Source: Podarcis erhardii (taxonomy: Eukaryota). Taken from it: a stretch of 64,000 bases of DNA. This document shows, one piece after another, positions 1 through 10,983 of this stretch; position 1 is the first letter of the stretch, and every line of letters starts with the position of its first letter. The translations under genes were made by a program, and so were the position numbers. The notes beneath the pieces were generated by a model. The model was not told the origin of the DNA. It did no database searches and worked only from the letters and a program-made list of their open reading frames with translations. The stretch is from the NCBI GenBank assembly GCA_964252035.1, contig OZ176206.1. The stretch is one strand, 5' to 3'.

Positions 1-329
1 ACAGACTGAGAGATGGACACAAAGGGGCCTGGGGCAGGTCCAGAGGTCATCACTGCCCTCCAGGAAAGTGACTCTGGTCGTTTAGGTGTTATTTCAAATC
101 ACCTAAACATCACAGTTTCAGCTGAGTGAAAAAAGAGAGGAGGTGGTGAAGGTTCCTGGTAACCTAGGAATCTTCTATTACAAGGCAGACCTAATAGAAA
201 AAAAAACAGTTCCCAACTGAAACCACAGCCCATGCTGGGCAATGACACCCCCCCCCCCGACAGGTCTTGGGAGGCAATGCTCTTCCACGTTCTACGCAGA
301 ACAAACAAATCAGCATGCAAATCTAACAC

Positions 330-727
330 CAGGAATGGCAATATTCAAAAGCCAGTGATGGACTTCAAAGGGCGACTCTGCAACGTGAAACCGCTGAATT
401 ACAATTCTTCAAGAATTTATCACTGGTGGACAGTATCAGCAGTATGGAATCTTATCACACAACGTATGTTAATTGGCTCACCAGTGCCAGGACGTCAGTG
501 TTTTCAACGCAGCAAACTTCTGTGAATGAACCCTGTTCATACGGTAATCACCACTATCTGTACTTTCTGCGTTTCATTTCTTTCTGACTTCACTGTTAAC
601 AATCCCCACCAACCATGCGTCTACTCAAACATGCAGACATGCACCACTCAGGACACCACTTCAAGCATCTCTAGCTCCCAAAAGCTTCTGCCGTGACAAA
701 TGTGTTTGTCTTTCAGGTGCCACAAAG
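330..727 (+). mobile_element. Penelope-like element 3' fragment
   Basis: frameshifted DFKGRL/QRETAEL (GIY-YIG C-terminus) at 361-401 and reptile Penelope-type end tttgtctttcaggtgccaca; family from memory. Confidence 0.55.
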
Positions 728-2767
728 AGCACTTTCCCCAAGGGGGGGGGGGTGCTACTGGGCAGATAAGCGGCATTGCGGCTTGTGTGCCTCAGAAAAG
801 CTCCAAAGCAGAAAATGCATCAAGGTGATGCTCACCCCCTTGTATCTGTAGCTCCCACATACCTGGTGCTCAGAGGTGCACTGTCTCTGCAGCTTGTGTC
901 CCCACCCCCACCATGAGCAACTTGACTACTAGTTGATTTCTTTTTATCCCCACTGCCAGCACTGTCAGGGGCTGGCACCAGCATACGTGATATGTAAGCA
1001 GACGGTCCCATTTTTCACAGTTAGGGACTGCAAATTCCAAGTTAGGCAAGTCCATTAAGCCAGTCTTGCCTACACTGACTGCCGCCAGCAGCAGCAGCAG
1101 CTCCTCAGTTTTAGCCAGAGATGGGTGCTTCTCAGCCCTATCTGCCATCCGGGATTCAGAAAGGAACACTGTCCCTGCAAGGCGGGTTCTCTACTTGGGG
1201 CTCATCTACATCCCTTTCTTTTTATAAACTGCCTGCCCTACTAGGCACAAGATATTGCTCAGCCCCCTCTCCTCCATCACAGACTTGACACTAAACCCCA
1301 AAGAGCCCTCATCCCAACTGTCCCTATTTCTACAGCAGGACTGGCCAGTTTCCTCCCCACCCCACCCCTTTTGCAAAGAGCCCTTGCATTGCTCTAGCAG
1401 GCAGATGGTGCAGCTGACCAGCATGTCCCCCAGAGCTAGCCTCAGCCCCACTGCCCATCTTCTTGACCTAGCCCTGCCTTGGTTCTTCCCAACACCCTAG
1501 GGCTTCTCTTCACCCTCCTCTTCTGGCCAATCCAGAATCTCAAGAAGGGGAAAGACCCTTCGCTTCTGCTGCTGACTCAAAGCCCAACCTTTGCAGGTTT
1601 CCTTGGGAGGAATTCCCACTGAGCACCAGCTGGGGACTTCCATCTATTTCAGCTAGAGGGACTGTGATGCCATCCGCCTGCAAAAGTTTCAGATTGCTGC
1701 TTCAATCAAATGCGGGGCGGGAGGGGGGGGTGGATCTTTGCCCACCCTCAGTTCACTAGCCTTTCTGGCAGGAAGGTTTGGGAACAACAACATGCTTCAC
1801 ACCTGCCAGGCTGGCTTCTAAACTATTTCCCAAAACTTGGAACAGGGAGGAAAGTGGGGGTAGAGAGATGCTTGCCATGCCCTCAAGGTCTGCTGGAGGC
1901 AAGAGGTTTCTCAGGATGGGACAGGACTCCAGTGGCTCCTCATCACTACTTCACTACTTCAAGAATAAATTTGATCTTGGCCTCTCCAACACCTAGGATG
2001 GGGGGGGCAGTTCACCACTCTATCCCCTTTCAGAGAGCAGGGATGCCCCTGTCCTCTGCTCCTGCAGGACACCTGGTCTTCCAGGGGGTACCCTAGGGGC
2101 TGGAAGCATCTTTTGCCACACAAAGAGCCATCCCTCACAAAGTGCTCCTGGAAACTGGCATCACTGACTGCTCAGAGCTCCCTGGTGATGAGGCACAACC
2201 TCTCAAGCTGAGTCCTGACACACAAGACCCAGAAACGACTCTCTGCATTTCCCTTACAAATAGAACACAGTGCAAATGTTAAGTTGCATGGTAGTCAATT
2301 GCGGCATGCTCACTGTCCTTGGGCTGCTTTGCCTGGCCCAGGAGTCTTCCCTACCTAACAGGCCCCTGAAGAAGGGACAGCAAAGCCCAGCTCCAGCCAC
2401 AGATCCACCTGTGGAAGCCTAAAGCGGAGAGCAGGTGATTTGCAGGAAGGCGTCCTGCACAGCCAGCAGGGCACTGAAATGGCTTGTGCAAGGAAGCCAA
2501 GCCGCACAGGAAGACCAGCCCCTTCCCTTTGGAACTCTCGCCACCTTGACTCAGCCCTGCGGTCCAGTTGCTGAGCAAGCCTCCCCATGCCACAGGCCCC
2601 TGTCCAAGGGAGGTCCCCCTCCTGCTCTGTGGATCAGCCAAAGCAGGAGAGGTTCTGCCAGGCCAGGGGCATGGCACGTTCCTCCTTCCCTCACATTCCC
2701 TCCATTCTGGGAAGCCAGCATTGTGTAGGGATGGCCAAGAGCCTGCGGAGATGCTGACTGGGCTCAC

Positions 2768-3032
2768 CTGTGATGAGAACGGCTCTCCCCACCGCAGGGA
2801 TCCTCTTCCTCTGTGTGGCCCCTGTCAAGACAAGCCAGCAGGCGGTGCCCGTGAGAGCTGTGCCCAGGGGCAGGGGCAGGAAGGCTCGGCTGATGCCCTG
2901 CAGCAGGACCAGGAGCCCCACCTGGAGCAGCAGGCCGGGGGTCAGCAACAGGTCAGCGCGCAGGAGTTTGACGGCCAGGCTGGAGAGGAAAAGCAGCCAC
3001 AGCAGGGAGCTGCACGCCCAGCCCAGCTCCAT
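2768..3032 (-). CDS. HSD11B2: 11-beta-hydroxysteroid dehydrogenase type 2, coding exon 1 (5' part of gene; remainder off-window)
   Basis: MELGW...KLLRADLLL...RIPAVGRAVLITG then ACAG|GTGAGC; 265 nt with the intron splitting G89 of the TGxxxGxG motif, as I recall for human HSD11B2 (LLRSDLRL...LPVATRAVLITG). Confidence 0.88.
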
Positions 3033-3039
3033 AGCCTAG

Positions 3040-4330
3040 GAGGGAGGGCGGGCGGGAGGAGAGCCTGGAGCTTGCGCGAAGGGCGGAAGCAGGGGGAACC
3101 CCGGGCTTGCAAGGCAGAGGGACAGCCGGGGGAGACCTCTGTGCAGGAGGGCCCACGGGGTGCATCTGCAGGACTGGGAGATCGAAAGCGGCACCAGGTT
3201 TATAAAAGAGCAGCAGGCAAGGGAAAGGGGAGGAGCTGCCCGGGCCCTGCCAATGGGAGAAGTTGCAGGCTCCCCTCTCTCTCCCTCTCCCTCGCAGGCA
3301 GGCAGAGGCGCACATGGTGGCCCCAGGATAGAAGCAAGGAGGCCGGGAGCCGGCCGGTTCCTCCCCCCTCCCCCGCCTGGCTCCTGCCTACCATCCTTCC
3401 CACCCTCCCTCCCTCCCTCTCTCCAGCTGGAGCCTTTTTGCCCCCGTGGGGCAGCAGCCACGGCCTTGCCTGAGGAGGCTGGCCTGTCAGGGCTGGAGAG
3501 CTGCAGGGAGGCCCCTCCGGAGAGCGAGGCGCCCTGGCCTTGCCGCCGAAGGAGACACAGAGAGAGGGAGCCAGCTGGGCGTCGGTAGGCTTGTCCCCTA
3601 ACATGGGGTGCTGGGCAGGAGCAGGGCCCCACAATCAGCTGATGCTGCCCTCCAGCAAGCCAGGAGGGGCTCCTCCCCCTCCGCCTACACATATTTGGAT
3701 TCTTACCAGCCAGTGTTCAAACAAGCAAAAAGTACCCAGCAACTTGCAAATGCAAAGTCCAGCGGCAAAGTCCTTCCCTCTGCCCCGCCAGGAAGGTCCC
3801 AAGCCCGCCTGCCAGGGGCTTGGCTGCTTGCCTCCCTTGTGGGCAGCCCGTCCGCCCGCCGCTCTCGCAAGGAGGCCGCGGGACACAAGAGCCTCCAGCT
3901 CGCCCGCTGGGACTCCGGCAGAGGAGCCCCCCAGCCAAGCGTCCCTGCTGGGGCCTGCCGAACAGCCTGGGCTCCTCAGCCACAGGTGCTCCTGGGCCTT
4001 TCCCTGAGACCTTCAAGAGGACCCCAGAGCCCCCTCGTCCTCTTCCCCTTACAGGGCATCACTGGGGCAACAGGGAGGTAAGGAGGGAGGGGGCTCGCCC
4101 TTGGAAATAACTTCGCCTTCGCCGCCTCCGGGGCTTCCTCCTGGCGAGCAGGTGGCAGGAGCGGGAGGGAGCTTTCCAGGCGCTGTTCCCGGAACGGCCA
4201 CCAGGTCGCGCAGCCTTCCCCTCGTCAAGCCCGAAGCTGCACTTCCCCCGGAGGCTGCTGCTGCTGCTGCCAGCGGGGAGTCCTCAACACAGCAGGTGGC
4301 TGCGAGTTCGAGTCTCGTCTTTTAGGCTGG
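3040..4330 (-). promoter_or_regulatory. HSD11B2 GC/CpG-rich promoter region with TATA box
   Basis: minus-strand TATAAA at 3204-3199; GGGCGG boxes near 3046-3055; elevated CpG to about 4.3 kb. Confidence 0.6.
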
Positions 4331-5244
4331 CAGAAAGGTTATCAAAGGACATTCCTACCTGAATCCAATGGGAACTATGGAGCCAGGGTTTAATGAGGCA
4401 GGAGGTGGCTGGGGGCGGGGTTGCTGGCTTTTAAAGGGGGTCCCCACTGGTCTCCCAGCCCTGCAGTGCAGTGAGTGGAACAACCTGTTCAAGCTGGAGA
4501 CCTGGGAAGTCAGAGAAATGAGGGCCCCTCTTCAGTGCAGAGATAGGCCAGAGTAGTCCATGGGAACTGGGATTGCAGGACAGTCGCTTGACACCAAGGG
4601 AGCTGCACAGGGTGCCTATAAGCTCCTCGTTTAAGATTTTTCTTTTGGGTCTCTTGGGCCCAAATGGTTAAAGGGCCTTGTAAATTAAGGCAAGAACCTT
4701 GAGTTTGGCCAAGTAGCTTCTGGGCAGCCGGTGCAAGTTTTGGAGAAAGTTCTGTGCTGGCCATATCAACATTCTAGCTGCAGTGTTTTGAACCAGATGG
4801 AGCCTTCGGACCAGGCCTGAGGGCAGCCCCAGATAGAGCACATTGTAATAACTGAGTCAAGGTTTCTGGTGCATGCATCAGACTACAGACAATACCCTTG
4901 ATCTGAACCACTGGAGGTCATTAGGCAGGGGTATTAAAATGACTCCATTGTCATGGGATGTGTTTACCAGAGGTCATTGCTCTGTCTAGCTAGGTGGCCA
5001 TTCTAGCAGCACAGGGGACAGACTCCCTGGGATACTGCAGAGGTCCTTGCCCAAAGATGGCCATGACTCCAAAGTTTTACAATCTGCTCAGTTTCCCAAA
5101 TGTGTGGCACAACCTTCCTTGCTTGAATTAGAAAGCCTTAGAAGGACGGGCAAGTCCTTTTGCAGTCTGCTTCTAGGCAAACAGGCAAAACTGTCCTGAA
5201 ATGTGACATTCTTCTTCCAAAGAATGTTGTTTGGCCATCTCAGG

Positions 5245-5404
5245 CGGTGCACACACTGTACGTTTAAGGCACATGGTTTCCTCCAAAGAATCATGGGAAC
5301 TGTAGTTTACCCCTCACAGGGTTCCCAGTACCTTTGACAAGTGACAGGTCCCAGGTTTCTTGGGGGGGAGTTGTATGGTTTAAATGTATGATGTGTCTGC
5401 AGCC
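5245..5404. mobile_element. Short palindromic squamate MITE-like repeat
   Basis: ends are degenerate inverted repeats (ggtgcacacactgtacgtttaa / ttaaatgtatgatgtgtctgcagcc). Confidence 0.4.
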
Positions 5405-6445
5405 TCATACCCTGATATTACAAGTCCTGCTTATTTAGGAGCGAGGGGGCCAACTAACCATCTTTCAGGTTGGGAGGGAGCACCACATCCTGGGTACCAG
5501 TAGAGTGATGGCCCTAAGGACCTGCAAGGCAGAACATTTGGGTAGCCTGTGTGGAATGTTCCTTCTAAGGCCAGCTCAGGAGACCTTGCTGTGATGCAAG
5601 GCATGGCAAGTTTTCAGATTGCTCCCAGGCTGCATCTCACAGGACAGGTTTATTCAGCTATGTTCAAAGCAAGAGGAAAAACAAGCAAGTAGTAGGTCCT
5701 CTACTCACTGGGAGAGAGTGATGCTCAGGTCTCTTCCTGACCTGTAGGCCAGGACAAACTTAGACAGGATTGTTGATATTGAGTCTCCTGTTTCTGAAGC
5801 ACGGTGGGCACAGCAGAGTGGGCAAGGGCTTTGATGTAACTAGCCCTTCTCCTCCCCCCTGTATACCTTTGGCCACCTCTGTAGCTTCCCCTATCTACCA
5901 CCCCAGAGATGGCAGTCCCACTCCTGTCCCTGCCCCAGACACACACATCCCTGACCACCTCAGAGACCAAGGACACGCATAGCAGAGGGCTGTATCTGGG
6001 GGAGCAGTCACAAAGAAGAAACCTACAACACAAAAGTTGGACATGACTCATACCCTAGTTCATACTTAGGACAAAACCTCCACACTCCCTCCTGCTTCAC
6101 ACCCAGAAAAGTTTCCTGCAGGGTTGGGCTCTCAGTCCAGGGACATGAAGGTGCTTTCACTTCCACCCGTCCAGACTGATTTTCCTTTGCAAATATTGAT
6201 AGTCAACAATCTTCAAATCATACATGCATGTTTATTATTCTTCAATATCTTCCTTGCCATCTTAATTGGAGCTTTCAGCAGAAAGGTAACAGCTAAAAGA
6301 AGGAGGACAACAAAGCAGTCAAGACCAGCTTAAACTGGACAACCTTTTATTCTCAGCCATTGCTAACCATCTGGTAGAACTGATGGAGTCACAAAATGAT
6401 CAAGTCAATGGAGCAAGTAGCGAATGTTGCACAGAGATATCTGTT

Positions 6446-7778
6446 AGGAGATTCCTGCACTGCAGGGGATTGAACTAGATGACCCTCATGGTCCCTTCCA
6501 AATCTATAATTCTATGATTCTAAGAATGTAAGGTCCAATAAATTCCACAACTGCCTCACTGGCAATTTCATTTCCCAGAAGGTGGAAGAAGCAACTAGTG
6601 GGTCATATCTCTTCGTCCTGGTCCTCACCAACAGGAACTGATTGATGAAGTGGAACTGCTTGGAAACCTGGGAGGAAGTGATCATGCCCTGTTGGGCTTC
6701 ATTATACACAGGCGAGGGAATTGCACTCTGGCCAATTTCAAGAAGCGTAAGGAGCTACTGGGTGAGATTCCATGGTCAGCAATATTCAAAGAGAAGGGAG
6801 TCCAACATGGATGGGAGTTTTTTAAAGGTGAAATGTTGAAGGCCCAAATGCAGACAATTCCAACAAGAAAGAAAAGTGGGAATTACCTTTTAAAAAGTGT
6901 GGCTGTGTAAGCACTTTCAGATGAGCTGAGAAGTAAGAAGGGCATGTATAAGAAAACGAAGAAAGGAGAGATCACGAAGGAAGAGAATACACGAGTAGCC
7001 AATAGTTGCAGAGAGAAGGTCAGGATGGCTAAAGCTCAAAATGAGCTTAAGAGGTTAAAATAATAAAACAGGTTTATTCGGCTATGTTCAGAGCAAGAGG
7101 AAAAACAGGCAAGTATTAGATCCTCTACGTGGAGAACATGGAGAATTGCTACTGGGTGACAAAGAGAAGGCAGAACTGCTCAACACCTACTTCACTCAGA
7201 AGGAAAGCAGTGCCCAACCTGGTGATAACAAAATAAGCAATGCAAGGTGGGAGCTGCAGCCTGAGATAGAAAAAGAGGTGGTAAGGGAGCACATAGCGAC
7301 TATGAATTCAAATCTCCAGGGCCTGATGAGCTGCATCCAAAGGTACTAAAGGAGCTTGTGGATGTAATCTCAGAGCCTCTGCCTATAATCTATGAGGACA
7401 TTGGAGAACTGATGATGTTCCTGCGGATTGGAAGTAGGCGAATCTTGCCCCCATCTTCAAAAAGGGTGGAAAGAAGAACCAGTCAGCTTGACATCAGTAC
7501 CAGGGAAGGTCCTAGAACAAATGATTAAACAGTTGGTATGTGAGTACTTAGAAAAAGATGCTGTGATTACTATGACCCAGAATGGGTTTCTCAAAAACAA
7601 GTCATGCCAGACAAATCTCATTTCTTTTTGTGATACTGTTACAATCGTGGTGGATCAGGGGAATGCGGTGGACGCAGTGTGCAATTTGGATGCTTTAGTT
7701 AAGATTCTTGCATTGCAGGGGTTTAGACCGGATGACCCTTGGGATCCCTTCCAACTCTACACTTCTATGATTCTATGA
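6446..7778 (+). mobile_element. CR1 LINE fragments: 3' tail, degenerate ORF2 piece, second 3' tail
   Basis: GNLGGSDHALL, SLTSVPGKVLEQ, KNKSCQTNLISF; (ATTCTAT)n-type tails at about 6510-6522 and 7764-7778; RT core absent between about 7685 and 7700. Confidence 0.9.
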
Positions 7779-8374
7779 ACTTGAACTTTTTATTTTCTGC
7801 AAACAAATCAAAGCGGCTAATAATACAAACATCCAAATTGCATGTGTGTGTGTGTGAGCATGTGACTGCAGCCTCCAATCCCCACTCCTTGGGTCTCATC
7901 CCTTTGGTCTGAAAATGTTGCCATAGGTATTCCATCTGCCACTCTCTGCTTCCTAATCTGTGGGCCATCCACAACAGACCTTGGAGGAAGTTACTTGCTT
8001 AGTAAACTGGATGTTTCCCCTTGTACTGTGGTGTATGGATCTGGTATGTCTCTCTGTGTGTGTCTGCGTATTTTGCAAAAAAAAAAAAAAGTAGACGATG
8101 AAGGAGGAGGAGGAGGATGTTCATTATTGAAATTGTATGATCCCATATGTGGCTTTCTTTTCGGGAAAGGGTACCCTGCTTGCTCCTTTGAGCCTGGATG
8201 GAGCACATGTTTTTTCACAGTGAAGCACGGAGGAACTCAGTTGTCCAGATAGATAATACTGAACTTGTCAAATCTCTGAAGATCACATCAAAGAGGGAAA
8301 AGGCTTGTTCTCTGTTGTTGTTGTTGCTGTTGCTCCAGAGGGAAAGCAGGGTCTAGATCCCATGACCTGAAGGG

Positions 8375-8603
8375 GTGTGTGATAGGTGCGGCCTGCCCCA
8401 GGTGTCATCCCTGAGGGGGGGTGACATTTCCGCCCTGCCCCCTGGGACACTCACCGTGGGCGGCGCCCCCCTGGGATGCTCGCCACTCACTGTGGTTGGC
8501 ACCCCCTGGGACTCTCGCCCCGCTCCTGTGGGCGGCTAGCCCCACCCCTGGGTGCACAGCATGTGTGCTGCTCTGGGTGCCAGAGCAGCTAGCTCCGCCT
8601 CTG
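8375..8603. mobile_element. hAT-type MITE, one end damaged
   Basis: flanking 8-bp CTGAAGGG at 8367-8374 and 8604-8611; right terminus ctagctccgcctctg. Confidence 0.5.
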
Positions 8604-8629
8604 CTGAAGGGTAGATGTTGGTTGAACAT

Positions 8630-9766
8630 CGGGGGCCACTAGGGGGCGCATTGTAAGATGGCTGACAATACCATCTCTCCGACCCACACGGGGTAATTAA
8701 GAGGCTGTTATGGGAGTAGACAGCCTCCCTTGTTGCCCCAAGGAAATGGGGAACACTGCCCTTGCCTGCTGTGCCCATAAATCACCCCCTAATTCGAAAG
8801 AAGGGGGTGAGGGCCCTAGGCAGAATGCCCCCGTGTGGACCTCGGCTCTCCTGGACGCTGTCTCTGATCGCGCACTAGTTGCAGCAATTTGGAATAATTA
8901 ATTACAAAAGAAGCAAATGCACATATTTCAAGTGAAGAAGGGGAGTGAAGTCTGCTAATTTAAGTGACCTCTGCGAAAGAAGACGACGGGTTGGAGAAAC
9001 AGGAATATTTTACGATGAAGATACACCAAAGGCTGGGTATGTTGACAACGGGACTGAATGGGGGGGGGAAACCTTTTTTACTTTCCTTCTATGTGATTTA
9101 CAAGAACCCCTCCTTATTAGAATCGTCGGTTGAACTGACCCAAGCAGGATGATTAAGGTCTGTGTGGAGATAAACTTTAACCAAAAGTATGCTTTATGGA
9201 GATCGAGAAGCAATAAGAGCTTTTGGGAATGGCACAATTAATTCGGAGTCGCCATCTTGCCAAAGGATTTATAGCCGGGAGGAAGAACGGACTTGTTTTC
9301 AGACTGCATTCCTAATGAATCTCCTCAGAGGTTTTGAGAAAGGAGGCAGATTGGTGAAGATTAATGACGCTAAGACTGTTTTGATGTATGGAAGTGATGT
9401 TATATGGAAAACGTCTGGATATGGCTACTGGATAAAAAAAATAATATCCATGCAGGATTACAAACTGTTCTAACCAGCTTGCGGAGATTATCAGAGGTCA
9501 CAAAGAGAAAGGAAAAATATATGAAAATAACAACAAGAGATGTGGAAAAACAATAAGAAAGGACTGGATAGTACTATGAACATCATAAGGTTAGATTTGT
9601 GGACATTAAAACAGCAGTAAGAAGCAAGAAGTTGATTGGATCCCCTTCGGAACTTGAAATATGGGTACCCCCAACAAAAATTTAAAATTCGGCTGTGTAA
9701 TTTGGAATTTATGTAATTTGGTTTGATTTGATGTGATTGGTTGGTTAATAAAAAATTATTCTTAAA
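8630..9766 (+). mobile_element. 1137-bp non-autonomous L1-like retroelement with 17-bp TSD
   Basis: AGATGTTGGTTGAACAT at 8613-8629 and 9767-9783; G-rich 5' start with AAGATGGC; T/G-rich 3' UTR, AATAAA and short A tail; longest ORF 94 aa. Confidence 0.8.
8633..8651 (+). promoter_or_regulatory. CTCF motif
   Basis: GGGCCACTAGGGGGCGCAT versus consensus TGGCCACCAGGGGGCGCTA. Confidence 0.7.
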
Positions 9767-10484
9767 AGATGTTGGTTGAACATTAGGTAGAACTGCTTGC
9801 TGGGAAGAGCCGTTGGACATGGGCACCAATTTCATGGGGGAGAACATGTAGGCTCTCCTTGGCTGCCTGCCTTCAAGCAGAGGCTAGGCAGCCCCTCTTT
9901 GATCTGGTGGGGATGGATGCTTCAGTCCCAGCCTCTTGCACTGAGTATCAGAATGTGTGTGTGTTGAATTCCCAAGTGGCCTACATGCCCTGCCCCTCAG
10001 AGATTCTGCAATTGGTCAATCTTAATCTGTCATGAAGGTCAGTGATCAAACACACAGTTCTCCAAGAATCTGTCTACCTTTACATATTTCATAATTCAGC
10101 ACCCAATGGCACTTGTTTCTGTATATTTGAGAATTTGATAGTTGGCACACAAGGTTATCTGGCACTTGATTCCCTGGCAATATTTGCTAGTCAACAGAGA
10201 ATACTGCTTGATAAATGACACCACCAGAAACTGCCTGAAAGCCAAATTTGGAAGTCAATTTTTTAGGTAATAACCAGCACAAAAGAGTTGTGCCTGGAAA
10301 GGGGATGACCATCCATGGAACTGTCTAGAAACTGGTGAGAGGTGCTTCTTTTATCCTGGAGGGTATGTGCAGAAGATCAATGAATCAAGATAATCTTTCC
10401 TGATAAAATCATTGCCCCAAAAGCCACAGAAAGAGCATTAAATGCCTTTTAGTTCTCCCAACCTTCCCCACCAAAAGTCAACTA

Positions 10485-10723
10485 CAGTGGTGCCTTGGTT
10501 CTCAAACTTAATCCGTTCCGGGAGTCCATTCGACTCCTGAAACTGTTCAAAAACCAAGGAGCGGCTTCTGATTGGCTGCAGGAGCTTCCTGCACTCAAGT
10601 GGAAGAGGCATCGGATGTTCAGCTTCCAAAAAATGTTTGCAAACCGGAACATTTTCTGGGTTTGCAGAGTTTCGGAGCCGATTTGTTTGAGAGCCAAGCT
10701 GTTCGACTACCAAGGTACCACTG
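10485..10723. mobile_element. Tigger/pogo-like MITE (family A)
   Basis: TA|CAGTGGTGCCTTGG ... CCAAGGTACCACTG|TA. Confidence 0.9.
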
Positions 10724-10757
10724 TACAAGTACCAAATACTGTATAAGTACCAAAGTA

Positions 10758-10983
10758 CAGTGGTACCTTGGGTTAAGTACTTAATTCGTTCTGGAAGTCC
10801 GTTCTTAACCTGAAACTGTTCTTAACCTGAAGCACCACTTTAGCTAATGGGGCCTCCTGCTGCTGCTGCGCCGCTGGAGCACGATTTCTGTTCTCATCCT
10901 GAAGCAAAGTTCTTAACCCGAGGTACTATTTCTGGGTTAGCGGAGTCTGTAACCTGAAGCATATGTAACCCAAGGTACCACTG
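10758..10983. mobile_element. Tigger/pogo-like MITE (family B)
   Basis: TA|CAGTGGTACCTTGGGTTA ... TAACCCAAGGTACCACTG|TA; same family as 33795 and 62704. Confidence 0.92.

Noticed and set aside
1-2767. HSD11B2 exon 2 (CDSGFG...)
   Set aside because: Not found; intron 1 extends beyond the window start
2568-3473. 301-aa plus-strand ORF
   Set aside because: Antisense shadow of HSD11B2 exon 1 and its GC-rich promoter; low complexity, no domain
9189-9473. 94-aa ORF in the 1.1-kb element as a viral (EVE) or ORF1 remnant
   Set aside because: No viral, RT or ORF1 motif recognised; TSD and tail point to L1-type insertion. BLASTX would settle it
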